This document shows, one piece after another, positions 50,712 to 60,366 of a stretch of DNA of 64,000 bases. Origin of the DNA: Pseudomonadota bacterium (GTDB lineage Bacteria > Pseudomonadota > Alphaproteobacteria > Paracaedibacterales > CAIOTO01); assembly GCA_040387495.1 (NCBI GenBank), contig JAZKDQ010000004.1:1-64000 (forward strand), read 5' to 3'. The notes under the pieces were generated by a model. It saw nothing but the letters and a program-made list of their open reading frames with translations. It was not told where the DNA came from and made no database searches. The stretch's first letter is position 1. Every line of letters begins with the position of its first letter. The position numbers and the translations under genes are program-made.

Positions 50712-52052
50712 TTACAACGTAAATGCCATTTCCTTCACTAGCACTCCCGGGACGCTGCAGCCGCCAATAGAGCGTTCATCATACGTATCTGTTGCGGGTA
50801 ACACCTCAGTAAAGTCTGTAACCGCCTCTAGCTGCGTGCCAAAAATCGCATAAATCGAATCATCAAACCGCATATCTTGAATCGGGCCTTGGATCACTCC
50901 GTTTTCCACCCAAAAACAGGCAAAGCGCGTCATGCCTGTGATGCGTGCGCTGTTCGGGTCGCTCCAGTTTAAATAGTGCACATTCGAGATATAAATTCCT
51001 GTGCCAAGCGCTGTCAAAATCGACTGTTTATCGAGTGTGCCTGGCATCATGTGAATCGATCTTAGGCCTTCGCCGCCACTGGCAAACGTTGACGTCAAAT
51101 CATATTCCTTTGCAGTGCGACTGCTCACCAGCATGTTCGCAAAATGCCCTTTGTCTGCGATAGAAAGACAGGGTGGCGCCAATTCCCCACGGCTATTAAA
51201 ACGTGGTGATAATCCAATATCAAAATCATCGGAAATACTAAACTGAGGTGACAACGTCACTTTTCCGTCAATCCATTGCGCCAGGGCAGATGCACCTTTT
51301 TTATACGATGCCGCGCTTACGCCATTCCAGGAAAATAACGACACAATATCACCAACAGCTGCCGGCTCAAGATACACACGATAACCACCCGGTGCCAATG
51401 TTTTAATTGGCTTTGCCAAGTCAACCAGCTGTTGTCGCGCCTTAACAAGGCTATCTGAAATCATCGCATGGGCATCTTTAGTTGCGTAAACAGTTTGCTT
51501 AACCGATTGAATAGATCCATCTTTCGTGCGCGCACCATACACAGAATAATCAAACACCAATGATTGCGTTTCGAAAGAATGTTTTGCGCCCTCGGTATGA
51601 CGTACATAACGCAACACGCGCCCTTGTGTCAGCAATCCAACAAGATCTAAATCCCCAGCAATTTTATTAACAAAAACAACAGTATCCTCAACGGGTGGCA
51701 AATCTGCATCAAACACAGCGTGACTGCTCTCGCCTTTTTCAAACGGCACTAGGTACGGATCATCATGCAGAGAATCTGCTAAAGCGCGCGCCTTGGTCAC
51801 TGCGTCGTTCAATCGTTTTGTATTGGTATCCACATCGTCCGTAAGGGAAAGGGCTAAGGAAATATTTTTAGATGTTCCTTTTTGATATGATAAACTTGCT
51901 TCAGCCTGGTTTACACGACCAGCTTGTCTTACACGCGCATGATTAAACCGAACGTAATCACTTGTCTCTGCATGAACGGTTAAACAAAACGATTCTTCCG
52001 CTTGACGTGTTTCACTAATTACATCAAAACTTTTATCAAAATTACAAAACAT
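50712..52052 (-). CDS. tldE: TldE/PmbA family metalloprotease subunit
   Basis: VRFNHARVRQ, PGGYRVYLEPAAV, ITGMTRFACFWVENG, MRFDDS; overlaps the tldD stop. Confidence 0.88.
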   Translation of the reverse strand: MFCNFDKSFDVISETRQAEESFCLTVHAETSDYVRFNHARVRQAGRVNQAEASLSYQKGTSKNISLALSLTDDVDTNTKRLNDAVTKARALADSLHDDPYLVPFEKGESSHAVFDADLPPVEDTVVFVNKIAGDLDLVGLLTQGRVLRYVRHTEGAKHSFETQSLVFDYSVYGARTKDGSIQSVKQTVYATKDAHAMISDSLVKARQQLVDLAKPIKTLAPGGYRVYLEPAAVGDIVSLFSWNGVSAASYKKGASALAQWIDGKVTLSPQFSISDDFDIGLSPRFNSRGELAPPCLSIADKGHFANMLVSSRTAKEYDLTSTFASGGEGLRSIHMMPGTLDKQSILTALGTGIYISNVHYLNWSDPNSARITGMTRFACFWVENGVIQGPIQDMRFDDSIYAIFGTQLEAVTDFTEVLPATDTYDERSIGGCSVPGVLVKEMAFTL

Positions 52053-53476
52053 TACGCCCCGCCTCCAAACACATCAACCCCTTTAAACGCACACACAGGC
52101 ACCGCATGTCCCACGCGCACAACTTGACTCGGCTCACCTTTACCGCACCACAACGTGCCCCATGGTTGTTTTGTGCCAGCATTTCCTACATGACTCAGCG
52201 AATGCCAAAACGACAATGTTGTTCCACGATAGTTCGGATTCTTCACAACAGCACCCAATTTCCCATCTTTAATCATCCGTGCATATTCCGCACCAAATTG
52301 AAACTTACGTCGATAATCATCAATTGACCAAGACCGATTCGTTTCCATGTAAATGCCATTTTCGATTGATGCGATTATGTCTTCAAACGTAGAGTTCCCC
52401 GGTTCAATATTCAAATTCGCCATACGATCGATTGGCGCGCGGTTCCATGCTGTTTGACGCGCGCACGCCACGCCCGGAACATCACAGCGATACTGACTAT
52501 CGCCACCACCAAGGGCACGCACAAGCTGACCATCTTTTATAATATGCAGCGGCTCCGCCTTAAGGCCCGTATCATCAAAACCGTAACTCGCCATTTCAGA
52601 AGCCGTACTTGGGTCAAAGGTCACATTCAACAATGGGCTGCCATAGGTGAGCGTTCCAATATCCGCCAGATTAATAAAACTAAAACCGGCGTAATTACGT
52701 TCGTCCCCTAAAATACGATCAAGCTCAAGCGGGTGGCCAATCGATTCATGCACTTGTAAGTACAATTGATCGGGCGCCAATACCAAATCAAGTGTGGCGT
52801 TTGGGCAATTCTCCGCATTAATAAGCTCAAGCGCTTGTGTGCGAATACGCAGGCACGCGTCACTGGCATCGCTAAAATGATGTTCGATCGGGACTTGCAA
52901 ACTCTTAAATCCATTCGATCGAGTTTGTGTTTCACCGCCCTTTTCAGCCGTTGCCGAAAGATGTAGCGTCGATGCATCCATCGTTTGTGTAATTACCGCA
53001 CCGCTGCTGTGCATTGCCAAACTTTCTCGATGAATTTGAAAACACGATGCTTCGCTGGCGAAAAGTCCACCATTAAGTAACGTATGACTATACTCACACA
53101 AAGCATCTTGAATGGCACGGGGTGATAATGTTGATGCCGAGGAGCCGCTCCCAGAAGAGCTCTCATAATGACCACTTTCATGTGGCGGAATCTGGTTCGA
53201 AAAATCAATAAGTTGATGCGATTTTAGGGCTTTTCCACGTGCCGTCAATGTTTCAAATAAAGCAGGCAGCTGCTGAATAGAGGGCGCACCCCCATAAACC
53301 TTGGCCCCATTCACTTGAACTTCAAGGTAGAACCCTTCGGTTGCGCCAGCTGAATATGGGTCGGCTTTTCCGCCACGTGCTTGATAATACTGCGTTTCGT
53401 CTAAGATATGTGTGACGGAGACCGCATCGGCCTGCCCCTGATGTTGTGCAAGAAATATTTCAAGGTGCTGTTTCAT
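52052..53476 (-). CDS. tldD: TldD family metalloprotease catalytic subunit
   Basis: QVHESIGHPLELDR (HExxxH), DRMANL, SWSIDD, WCGKGEP. Confidence 0.92.
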   Translation of the reverse strand: MKQHLEIFLAQHQGQADAVSVTHILDETQYYQARGGKADPYSAGATEGFYLEVQVNGAKVYGGAPSIQQLPALFETLTARGKALKSHQLIDFSNQIPPHESGHYESSSGSGSSASTLSPRAIQDALCEYSHTLLNGGLFASEASCFQIHRESLAMHSSGAVITQTMDASTLHLSATAEKGGETQTRSNGFKSLQVPIEHHFSDASDACLRIRTQALELINAENCPNATLDLVLAPDQLYLQVHESIGHPLELDRILGDERNYAGFSFINLADIGTLTYGSPLLNVTFDPSTASEMASYGFDDTGLKAEPLHIIKDGQLVRALGGGDSQYRCDVPGVACARQTAWNRAPIDRMANLNIEPGNSTFEDIIASIENGIYMETNRSWSIDDYRRKFQFGAEYARMIKDGKLGAVVKNPNYRGTTLSFWHSLSHVGNAGTKQPWGTLWCGKGEPSQVVRVGHAVPVCAFKGVDVFGGGA

Positions 53477-53611
53477 AAAGAGAGCCTTTGGTTGAGAATG
53501 AGTAGTGTAAGTGTAGCATACCTGTTATTTTTGTCATCCATACGTTCACCTAAAAATTGCCGTGGGCTCCAATTCATTCACCATCAACAACGGATGCACA
53601 AAAATCGTAAA

Positions 53612-54910
53612 CTATTTCAGTTGTTCATCTCTCAATTTATCCCAATCTTTTAATCGTTTTAGAATTTCTTCTTCAGCCCCCACCCCTTTGGGCTTATAAA
53701 AACGAATGCGTTTCATTTTTTCAGGAAAATAGTTCTGACCAGAAAATCCTTCTTTTGTATTGTGATCATAGATATATTCTTGCCCATAACCTAATTGCTT
53801 CATCAGCGCAGTAGGTGCATTTAAAATATGCTTAGGCGGCTGCAGCGAACCAGAGCTTTTTGCAGCGTTTAGCGCCTCTTTATGTGCAATATACACGGCA
53901 TTTGATTTTGGGGCTGTTGCTAAATAAACAATACATTGTGCTAACGCAAGCTCTCCTTCTGGCGAACCAAGAAAGACATATGCTTCTTTGGCGGCCATTG
54001 CTTGAACAAGCGCATCCGGATCTGCAAGACCAATATCTTCGCTTGCCGCCCGTACTAACCTTCTTGCAATAAATAAAGGATCCTCCCCACCATCAAGCAT
54101 TCGATAAAACCAATAAAGTGCTGCATCAGGATCAGAACCACGAATTGACTTATGAAGAGCGCTAATCAGGTTGTAATGCCCCTCTTGGGCTTTGTCATAT
54201 AGGGGCATGCGACGTTGGATTGCCTCGGCAAGGTCCGCAGGCTCTAATAATTTTGATGAAGGATATAAAAAAAGTGATTCGGCAAAGTTAAGAATGGCTC
54301 TTCCGTCACCATCCGCCAATCGTATTAAAGCTAAGCGCGCTTCTTCTGTAAGAGGAAGTGGTCTTTTTTCATGCATTTCAGCTCGTACCAACAAAAGCTC
54401 TAAATGCTTTTCATCAAGACGCTCTAAAACCAATACCTGACATCGCGACAAAATGGCTGCATTTAATTCAAAAGAAGGATTCGCTGTGGTAGCGCCAACC
54501 AATGTAATGAGTCCTTCTTCCATTGGTGCTAAAAATACATCTTGTTGCGCACGATTAAAGCGGTGAATTTCATCCACAAAAAGCAAAGTCTTTTTACCAA
54601 CTGCACGCTTTTCTTTTGCTGTTTCAAATACTTTTCTTAAATCAACAATGCCCGAAGCAATTCCAGACACAGCGTCAAACTCATAACCAATTTCGTTCGC
54701 TATTAAACGCGCTAATGTTGTTTTGCCGCATCCTGGCGGCCCCCACAAAATCAAAGAGGGTAATCTTTTTGCTATTAAATAGCGTAAAAACGTTGTGCCT
54801 TCGCCTAAAAGATGTTCTTGCCCAACAATGTCTTTTAAGTTTTTAGGGCGCAGCTTATCTGCCAAAGGGCGCGAACGCGAAGCAACTGCTTCAAATAAAT
54901 TTCCAGACAA
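53612..54910 (-). CDS. rarA: Replication-associated recombination protein A
   Basis: PLADKLRP, WGPPGCGKTT, DEIHRFN, ISALHKSIRGSD, SEDIGLAD, PKSNA. Confidence 0.96.
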   Translation of the reverse strand: MSGNLFEAVASRSRPLADKLRPKNLKDIVGQEHLLGEGTTFLRYLIAKRLPSLILWGPPGCGKTTLARLIANEIGYEFDAVSGIASGIVDLRKVFETAKEKRAVGKKTLLFVDEIHRFNRAQQDVFLAPMEEGLITLVGATTANPSFELNAAILSRCQVLVLERLDEKHLELLLVRAEMHEKRPLPLTEEARLALIRLADGDGRAILNFAESLFLYPSSKLLEPADLAEAIQRRMPLYDKAQEGHYNLISALHKSIRGSDPDAALYWFYRMLDGGEDPLFIARRLVRAASEDIGLADPDALVQAMAAKEAYVFLGSPEGELALAQCIVYLATAPKSNAVYIAHKEALNAAKSSGSLQPPKHILNAPTALMKQLGYGQEYIYDHNTKEGFSGQNYFPEKMKRIRFYKPKGVGAEEEILKRLKDWDKLRDEQLK

Positions 54911-54936
54911 ATTGATATTCTCCTTGTTAGAAAATT

Positions 54937-55488
54937 TTATTTAGAAATAACATTAACCACCCGAGTCGGCGTGACTATACAGTCGAGTCGATGATCGTGC
55001 GCCTCTCGTGCAATATAGTCTACCTCTTGGCAATCATAGGCCAATCCGATTGCAAAAACGACATGGTTTTGCCGCAAATATTCAAGGGTTCTATCATAAA
55101 AACCGCCGCCTCTACCAAGCCGATAGCAGTCTGTATCAAATGCAATAAGCGGGATCAACAAAATGTCAGGCATTAAGTCTGCCGCCTCCGGTGCTGGTGC
55201 TGGAATTCCATACATTCCTTTTTCAAGAATATCAGATGGTTTCCATGCTTTAAATGTCAACGGACTTGTCGCGTCGGTGATAAAGGGCAAACTACACTGC
55301 AGCCCTTGGTTGTGGCAATACTGCAAAAAAGGTAGATCATCAATTTCACCATCAATCGGCCAATAGCCCGCAATGATCGGTTTTGATTCCCAATGTATAA
55401 GCGGCATAAGGTTCGCGAAAATCGTCTCAGCATTTTCTGAATGGTCGGTTTCGCGTTGCTTCTGGCGCAAAGCTTCTTTTGGTGTCAT
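54937..55488 (-). CDS. ygfA: 5-formyltetrahydrofolate cyclo-ligase
   Basis: AGYWPIDGEID, PLIAFD, RLGRGGGFYDRTL, HDHRLD. Confidence 0.93.
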   Translation of the reverse strand: MTPKEALRQKQRETDHSENAETIFANLMPLIHWESKPIIAGYWPIDGEIDDLPFLQYCHNQGLQCSLPFITDATSPLTFKAWKPSDILEKGMYGIPAPAPEAADLMPDILLIPLIAFDTDCYRLGRGGGFYDRTLEYLRQNHVVFAIGLAYDCQEVDYIAREAHDHRLDCIVTPTRVVNVISK

Positions 55489-55590
55489 AGTGCTTTAACT
55501 TTGCATTTTTGACATAATACCATTTTTCATACATATCCGGAATGAATGGTTAAGTTTAATATGAAGAATGATTTAGTTGAGAATGCCAGC

Positions 55591-56397
55591 TTACACAGCC
55601 ACAACAATCCCCGATGGCCTAAGGGCTTCTCGTACCTGCGCTATATTCTGGGCCGCAACCCACCAGACATTGTATTGATCATCAACAACACTAAGCAATC
55701 CATGACTCGGATCTGACTCTATAAATGACCGCAATGTTATGTCCGGCATTACTTCCCGGTCAAGATGCGCATCCATGACTAAATTCATCTGATAAATACC
55801 GCGCAGATCACCAATTTTATATTCATTGCTTGTCCTGAATTTTTCACCCCAGGCATCTATCGCCGCCCGCTCTGACTCATGTTTTTCAAGCCCCACAGCA
55901 ACGCCACACGCATACCACCTTGGTCCCTTTATCGCCGGGCGCTGGTAATAATATCCATAACTAGGGCTAAAAAAATCACATAATTTAGTCGTGATTTGAT
56001 TAATGTCATCTTCTGTGAGAGCGTGCACGGAATCGCTGATTGTGAGTACGAATGTTGTTCGGTTTTTTTTAGGATCAATATCAAAATTACAGCTAAAAAG
56101 ATCGGTTTCAGGGCTTTCCTTTAATCCATGCTTAGTCGCTTGTATGCAAATACTCGTAATTGATTGGATGACAACTTTGTCTAGTTTTTTAAATTCGCGT
56201 TCAAAGGCATTTATTTTTTCTGATTTTAGCGATGGCGCACTTATACCCATATGCGTCGGAACAAGGCCATATTGCTTCATAAGATTAACGCAATATTCAA
56301 TCCATTCTTTATGTTCGAAATTTCGTTTACGAAAATCATGCAGTGCGATAGCGCGTGTGGTTGTGCAGTCATTAGAATTATTTATTAAATTATTCAT
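55591..56397 (-). CDS. Hypothetical globular protein
   Basis: 268-aa uninterrupted ORF co-oriented with its neighbours; no motif confidently assigned. Confidence 0.7.
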   Translation of the reverse strand: MNNLINNSNDCTTTRAIALHDFRKRNFEHKEWIEYCVNLMKQYGLVPTHMGISAPSLKSEKINAFEREFKKLDKVVIQSITSICIQATKHGLKESPETDLFSCNFDIDPKKNRTTFVLTISDSVHALTEDDINQITTKLCDFFSPSYGYYYQRPAIKGPRWYACGVAVGLEKHESERAAIDAWGEKFRTSNEYKIGDLRGIYQMNLVMDAHLDREVMPDITLRSFIESDPSHGLLSVVDDQYNVWWVAAQNIAQVREALRPSGIVVAV

Positions 56398-56406
56398 GAG
56401 GAAATC

Positions 56407-57324
56407 CTAAACTTTAGCCGAAACATCTGAACGCTTACCCAACTCCATCTGCGTGATCAACAACGTTGCCGCAATAATAATCCCGCCGCCCACCAGCGTC
56501 CACAGTGTTGGCAATTCGCTAAAAATCAAAAATCCAATTGGAATCGCAATAATCAAACGACTATATTCAAACGGGGCAAGAAACGACGGATTCGCATTTT
56601 GCAACGATCGTATATAACAAAACTGCGCCATCACGCCCATTAAGCCAAGGAAAAAAAGAATGATTAGATCGTGCATTGATGGCGTAATCCACATGAAATA
56701 TGCGACACTTCCTGATAGAATAATGCTGATCACATTCACATAAAACATCATACTAATGGTTGATTCGGTGGCTGTCAGTTTTTTCCCGCAAATCACCGAC
56801 GAACTTGCAAACAAATTAGCTAACAACAAAACATAAACGGCATTGTTAATCACAAAGTCAGATGGGTGGACGATGACAAGAACACCCAAATAGCCAATAA
56901 TGATCAAAGCCCATTTTTTGAACGTAACAACTTCCTTTAACACGAGAATAGCAAGCGCTGTCGTCATAAGCGGCGCCGTAAAGCCAAGCGATGTTGCCAT
57001 CGCCAACGGTAAATTCCGATACCCATAATATGTACATGCAATCGCTGAACACGTAAACAACACGCGCAGAAAATGCAACAATGGGCGCTTTGTTTTAAGG
57101 TTCTTAGTTCCTTCTTTAAAAAGGAAAGGTAGAAAAAAAATCAAGCCAAAAAGACAACGAAAGAAAACAAGGACTGCACCTGTCACACTGGGATCAAGCA
57201 GCTTTGCTAGCGACATTGCTGTTGTAAAACAAACTGATCCGAACAATGACCAGGCTATGCCGCGTAGTTTATTTTGATTGATGATATTAGGCAAAAACAA
57301 ACTTTCTTTATGAAAAACAAACAC
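56407..57324 (-). CDS. DMT/EamA family transporter
   Basis: About 10 TM segments, two EamA halves, LAPFEYS..FSELP. Confidence 0.9.
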   Translation of the reverse strand: MFVFHKESLFLPNIINQNKLRGIAWSLFGSVCFTTAMSLAKLLDPSVTGAVLVFFRCLFGLIFFLPFLFKEGTKNLKTKRPLLHFLRVLFTCSAIACTYYGYRNLPLAMATSLGFTAPLMTTALAILVLKEVVTFKKWALIIIGYLGVLVIVHPSDFVINNAVYVLLLANLFASSSVICGKKLTATESTISMMFYVNVISIILSGSVAYFMWITPSMHDLIILFFLGLMGVMAQFCYIRSLQNANPSFLAPFEYSRLIIAIPIGFLIFSELPTLWTLVGGGIIIAATLLITQMELGKRSDVSAKV

Positions 57325-57432
57325 ATGTTATCATAAAAAATAAAATAAAAGGCATTTGTCTTGTAATCGATTTTGCCCCCTCTGACCACAGCTGATTTTC
57401 ACTTCTTCTCACACAACTCGAAACACAGCATA

Positions 57433-58134
57433 TTAAAGCCTGATTGTAAGTGGATTTTTTATTTTTATATTTTTCTTAAGTAACTTTTCAACTATAAAAG
57501 CAGACCATTTATGGAATTCTTGTGATCGATGGTCCATATTATATGAACCCGCTTTCCAGATGATAAAATTAACGAGCTTACTTTGATTTGCATCCTCGGC
57601 AGCTTTGAAAAAATCAAAGATAAATTGCCAACGATTGTTTGTCAGCTCCTCAGTGTTTGGCGTGAGCGTATCAATATGACAAAATGCTGTTTGCGAACAA
57701 ATATTATAGGAAAAAATATCGTTTGGATGATCTATAGACGAAACGTTTGGTTGTGGATAAGGTATGGTTGTGTAAGGATGATCAATGCTCATATCCAAAT
57801 ACAAGTAATCTACTGGGTCAGGAAATCCAGGAATTTTCCAAAAGCATTCTATGACAGGTAACTGTTTGTTTATAAACGCAGCATTAAACAATTCTCGTGT
57901 ATCATATTCAGTTGGAGTGTGCTTCGCCGGATTACCATCTTGTGACAATAATAGGCTTTTAAGCTCATCAACATTTCCTGATCGCGCAGCACTTAATGCG
58001 GTTTGATGCCTTTCCTGGTGAGCAGTTATATTTTGCATATGCAATTCTTGCGCTTCAGAAAAGGAGCTCGCAATAACGGGAAGACCTACGAAGGTGACTG
58101 AAAGTGTTATGAGTCGCAATATTTTCTTTAACAT
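57433..58134 (-). CDS. Orphan putative secreted protein with ankyrin-like repeat
   Basis: Leader MLKKILRLITLSVTFVGLPVIA; TALSAARSGNVDELKSLL, LFNAAFINKQLPVIECFW. Confidence 0.65.
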   Translation of the reverse strand: MLKKILRLITLSVTFVGLPVIASSFSEAQELHMQNITAHQERHQTALSAARSGNVDELKSLLLSQDGNPAKHTPTEYDTRELFNAAFINKQLPVIECFWKIPGFPDPVDYLYLDMSIDHPYTTIPYPQPNVSSIDHPNDIFSYNICSQTAFCHIDTLTPNTEELTNNRWQFIFDFFKAAEDANQSKLVNFIIWKAGSYNMDHRSQEFHKWSAFIVEKLLKKNIKIKNPLTIRL

Positions 58135-58291
58135 GAATTACATCCTATTTAATTAAAAAACATATAGATTATTAATTAATTTTGTCCTTTTTAGCAGTAG
58201 AATGCAAGCAGGTTTTTAGAATTACAATAATAACGTTTGTGGTAACAATTTGTAAAATACGATACTCTCTAATTAATATAACTTCCCAAAA

Positions 58292-58443
58292 GTCATTATC
58301 ATCACGGCCTGCCAGGTCGTAGCCTTTGGCGAAAAGTGTGGAGAGGTCGAAGACAACGTAGAGATCTAGCTATTTTGGACTGTCGCGCATCAATGCTGCT
58401 CCAGTATTCGCGCGTGGCTTCAACCTGGCACAGCGCAATGACA
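58292..58443. repeat. Degenerate composite REP-like element
   Basis: GTCATT...GTCGTAGCCTTTGGCGAA...GCGCAATGACA. Confidence 0.45.
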
Positions 58444-58461
58444 GAGAGTAAATAACTTAAA

Positions 58462-60366
58462 ATGCATGTTTTAGAAAATCTTTTAAATATCCTCACGCAC
58501 CCATTTATCCCGCAAGGGTTACTCACTGTGTTTGTTTTTGCAGAGGGTCTTAAGTGCATCAAAAAAACCTCAAATAATGCCCAGTATCGCATCAGTATAA
58601 TTATTCTTTGTCTCCTTTTTATCTACGGCTTTTACGCACATGTATGCGTCGATACACGTTATCTTTTCGTGATGCAAAACAACCACCCAGCGCAAGCAAT
58701 TTATTATCGCATCGCCAGCTTGTGGAGCCATCATGAAACATCTCTATTTATATGGCTTGTAATACTCAACAGTACCACATATATCCTTCGCCTACCGCCT
58801 AACGCCGCAAACTTTCGTGAACGTATTTTGGGATTACTCAATTGCTTGCTTGGTTTTTATATGCTGATGGAGGCAAATCCTTTTGCAACGACTCCGTTTG
58901 CCCAACCTACAGAAGAAAGCCATGGTCTTAATCCGCTGTTGTACGATATGAATATGGTATGGCATCCGCCTTTACTCTATTTAGGTGTCACATGGTTATT
59001 TTCGCCGTATGTGCTAAGTCTTTGGTTGCAACGCACAGGTGAGGTGACGCTTATTCCATTGATACAACGTCAAACAAAGATTGCATTTGGACTATTGACC
59101 CTTGCCATTGCGCTGGGCAGCTTTTGGGCATTTACGCAACTTGGCTGGGGCGGTTTTTGGTTTTGGGATCCCGTAGAAACAGCTTCACTTTTGCCTTGGG
59201 TTACGGCATTAATTGTATTTCACACGTCACCGTTAAGCTTAAAAAAACATCCATGGATTGGGGGACTTCCATTCGCTGCAGTCATGCTCAGTCTTTGGGC
59301 GGTACGCTCTGGTATGCTTGTTTCCGTACATAGTTTTGCCAACGATGTGATGGCTTTTTGGTTATTGGGCGCTCTGGCTGTTTTTACATGTGTGCCAGTT
59401 TTGATTCTTGCTTTGTCATCCTCTTTCTCTACATTATCATCATCTCCACTCTTTTTGTCATCCCTGAGTAAGCGGGGATTCAGTCTCCTAAATGCTTTAT
59501 TACATAGGTTTTCCTGGATTCCCACCTATGCAGGAATGGCAGTAGAAAATGAACGCCCAACAATACCTTATATGAGAATTGGGCTTTCGTTGTTGGCCCT
59601 TACCCTTTTCCTACTCATGCTTGGTTTATTCATCCCAGTACTTTTCGACTTTTCACTTGTACCAACGTTTTTCAACACAATGCTTCTGCCTATATGGATA
59701 CCTATCGCGCTTCTTATGACACTTGCCCCATATAAAGGTTTTTACTTTGGAACATCCACAACTGCTGCGCTTTTAGGCCTCACCCTTTATCTAATATTTT
59801 ACGCACATCTAGCCTTACCCTATCTTCTCCTCGGTGCAAGTGGAGCTATTTGTGCAAGCGCGATGCTCCCTTTAATTCATTCTAAAACATGCGTATCATT
59901 TGCACATATGGGAATTGGTCTTTTTCTTATAGGACTTGCAAGCCACAGCGATAGCCCGCCTGAGACTACATTAACGTTAACACGCGGCGCACCGGTGCTA
60001 CACACATCATATAAACTTACATTTGAGGATACATTTGAAGTTGCAGAGTCCTTTAAAACAAACCAAGACACCCATATTCGTATTGAGCTTACTGACAGCA
60101 AAACAACAAGCAAAGAGACACTCATACTCGCCCCTGCCAAACAGTTTTTTTACAGCTCAAAACTTCAACGTGTCAAAGCAGATTTCGGTCTTTTGAATAA
60201 ACGAGTCGTGATTATTACAAACATTGAAACATTGCCCGATGCACGCATTGCTATCACATTTCACGAAAAGTCGGGACTGTTGTGGCTTATCTTTGGCTGT
60301 GGATTAATTGTGTTTTCGCTTCTGATAATTCCACTAAGAAAATCAATATTAATTTTCAAGAGCTGA
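58462..60366 (+). CDS. ccmF: Cytochrome c biogenesis heme lyase
   Basis: GLNPLL, HPPLLYLG, WGGFWFWDPVETASLLPW, RSGMLVSVHSFA, AHMG. Confidence 0.92.
   Translation: MHVLENLLNILTHPFIPQGLLTVFVFAEGLKCIKKTSNNAQYRISIIILCLLFIYGFYAHVCVDTRYLFVMQNNHPAQAIYYRIASLWSHHETSLFIWLVILNSTTYILRLPPNAANFRERILGLLNCLLGFYMLMEANPFATTPFAQPTEESHGLNPLLYDMNMVWHPPLLYLGVTWLFSPYVLSLWLQRTGEVTLIPLIQRQTKIAFGLLTLAIALGSFWAFTQLGWGGFWFWDPVETASLLPWVTALIVFHTSPLSLKKHPWIGGLPFAAVMLSLWAVRSGMLVSVHSFANDVMAFWLLGALAVFTCVPVLILALSSSFSTLSSSPLFLSSLSKRGFSLLNALLHRFSWIPTYAGMAVENERPTIPYMRIGLSLLALTLFLLMLGLFIPVLFDFSLVPTFFNTMLLPIWIPIALLMTLAPYKGFYFGTSTTAALLGLTLYLIFYAHLALPYLLLGASGAICASAMLPLIHSKTCVSFAHMGIGLFLIGLASHSDSPPETTLTLTRGAPVLHTSYKLTFEDTFEVAESFKTNQDTHIRIELTDSKTTSKETLILAPAKQFFYSSKLQRVKADFGLLNKRVVIITNIETLPDARIAITFHEKSGLLWLIFGCGLIVFSLLIIPLRKSILIFKS
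59456..59541. repeat. REP/RPE-like palindrome inserted in frame in ccmF
   Basis: TGTCATCCCTGAGTAAGCGGGGATTCAG...CTGGATTCCCACCTATGCAGGAATGGCA; translates as SSLSKRGFS...WIPTYAGMA. Confidence 0.8.

Noticed and set aside
48950..50867. Diversity-generating retroelement TR/VR pair
   Set aside because: Differences between the two tldE tails are mostly third-position synonymous rather than adenine-specific, and no reverse transcriptase is present.
48075..53476. RiPP cluster with the QQNPYG repeat protein as a TldD/E-processed precursor
   Set aside because: No modifying enzymes (YcaO, radical SAM, LanM) nearby; the repeat protein has an export-type leader whereas TldD/E is cytoplasmic.
55489..55590. 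6S RNA (ssrS), often upstream of ygfA
   Set aside because: The interval is only about 100 bp, AT-rich, and shows no long hairpin.
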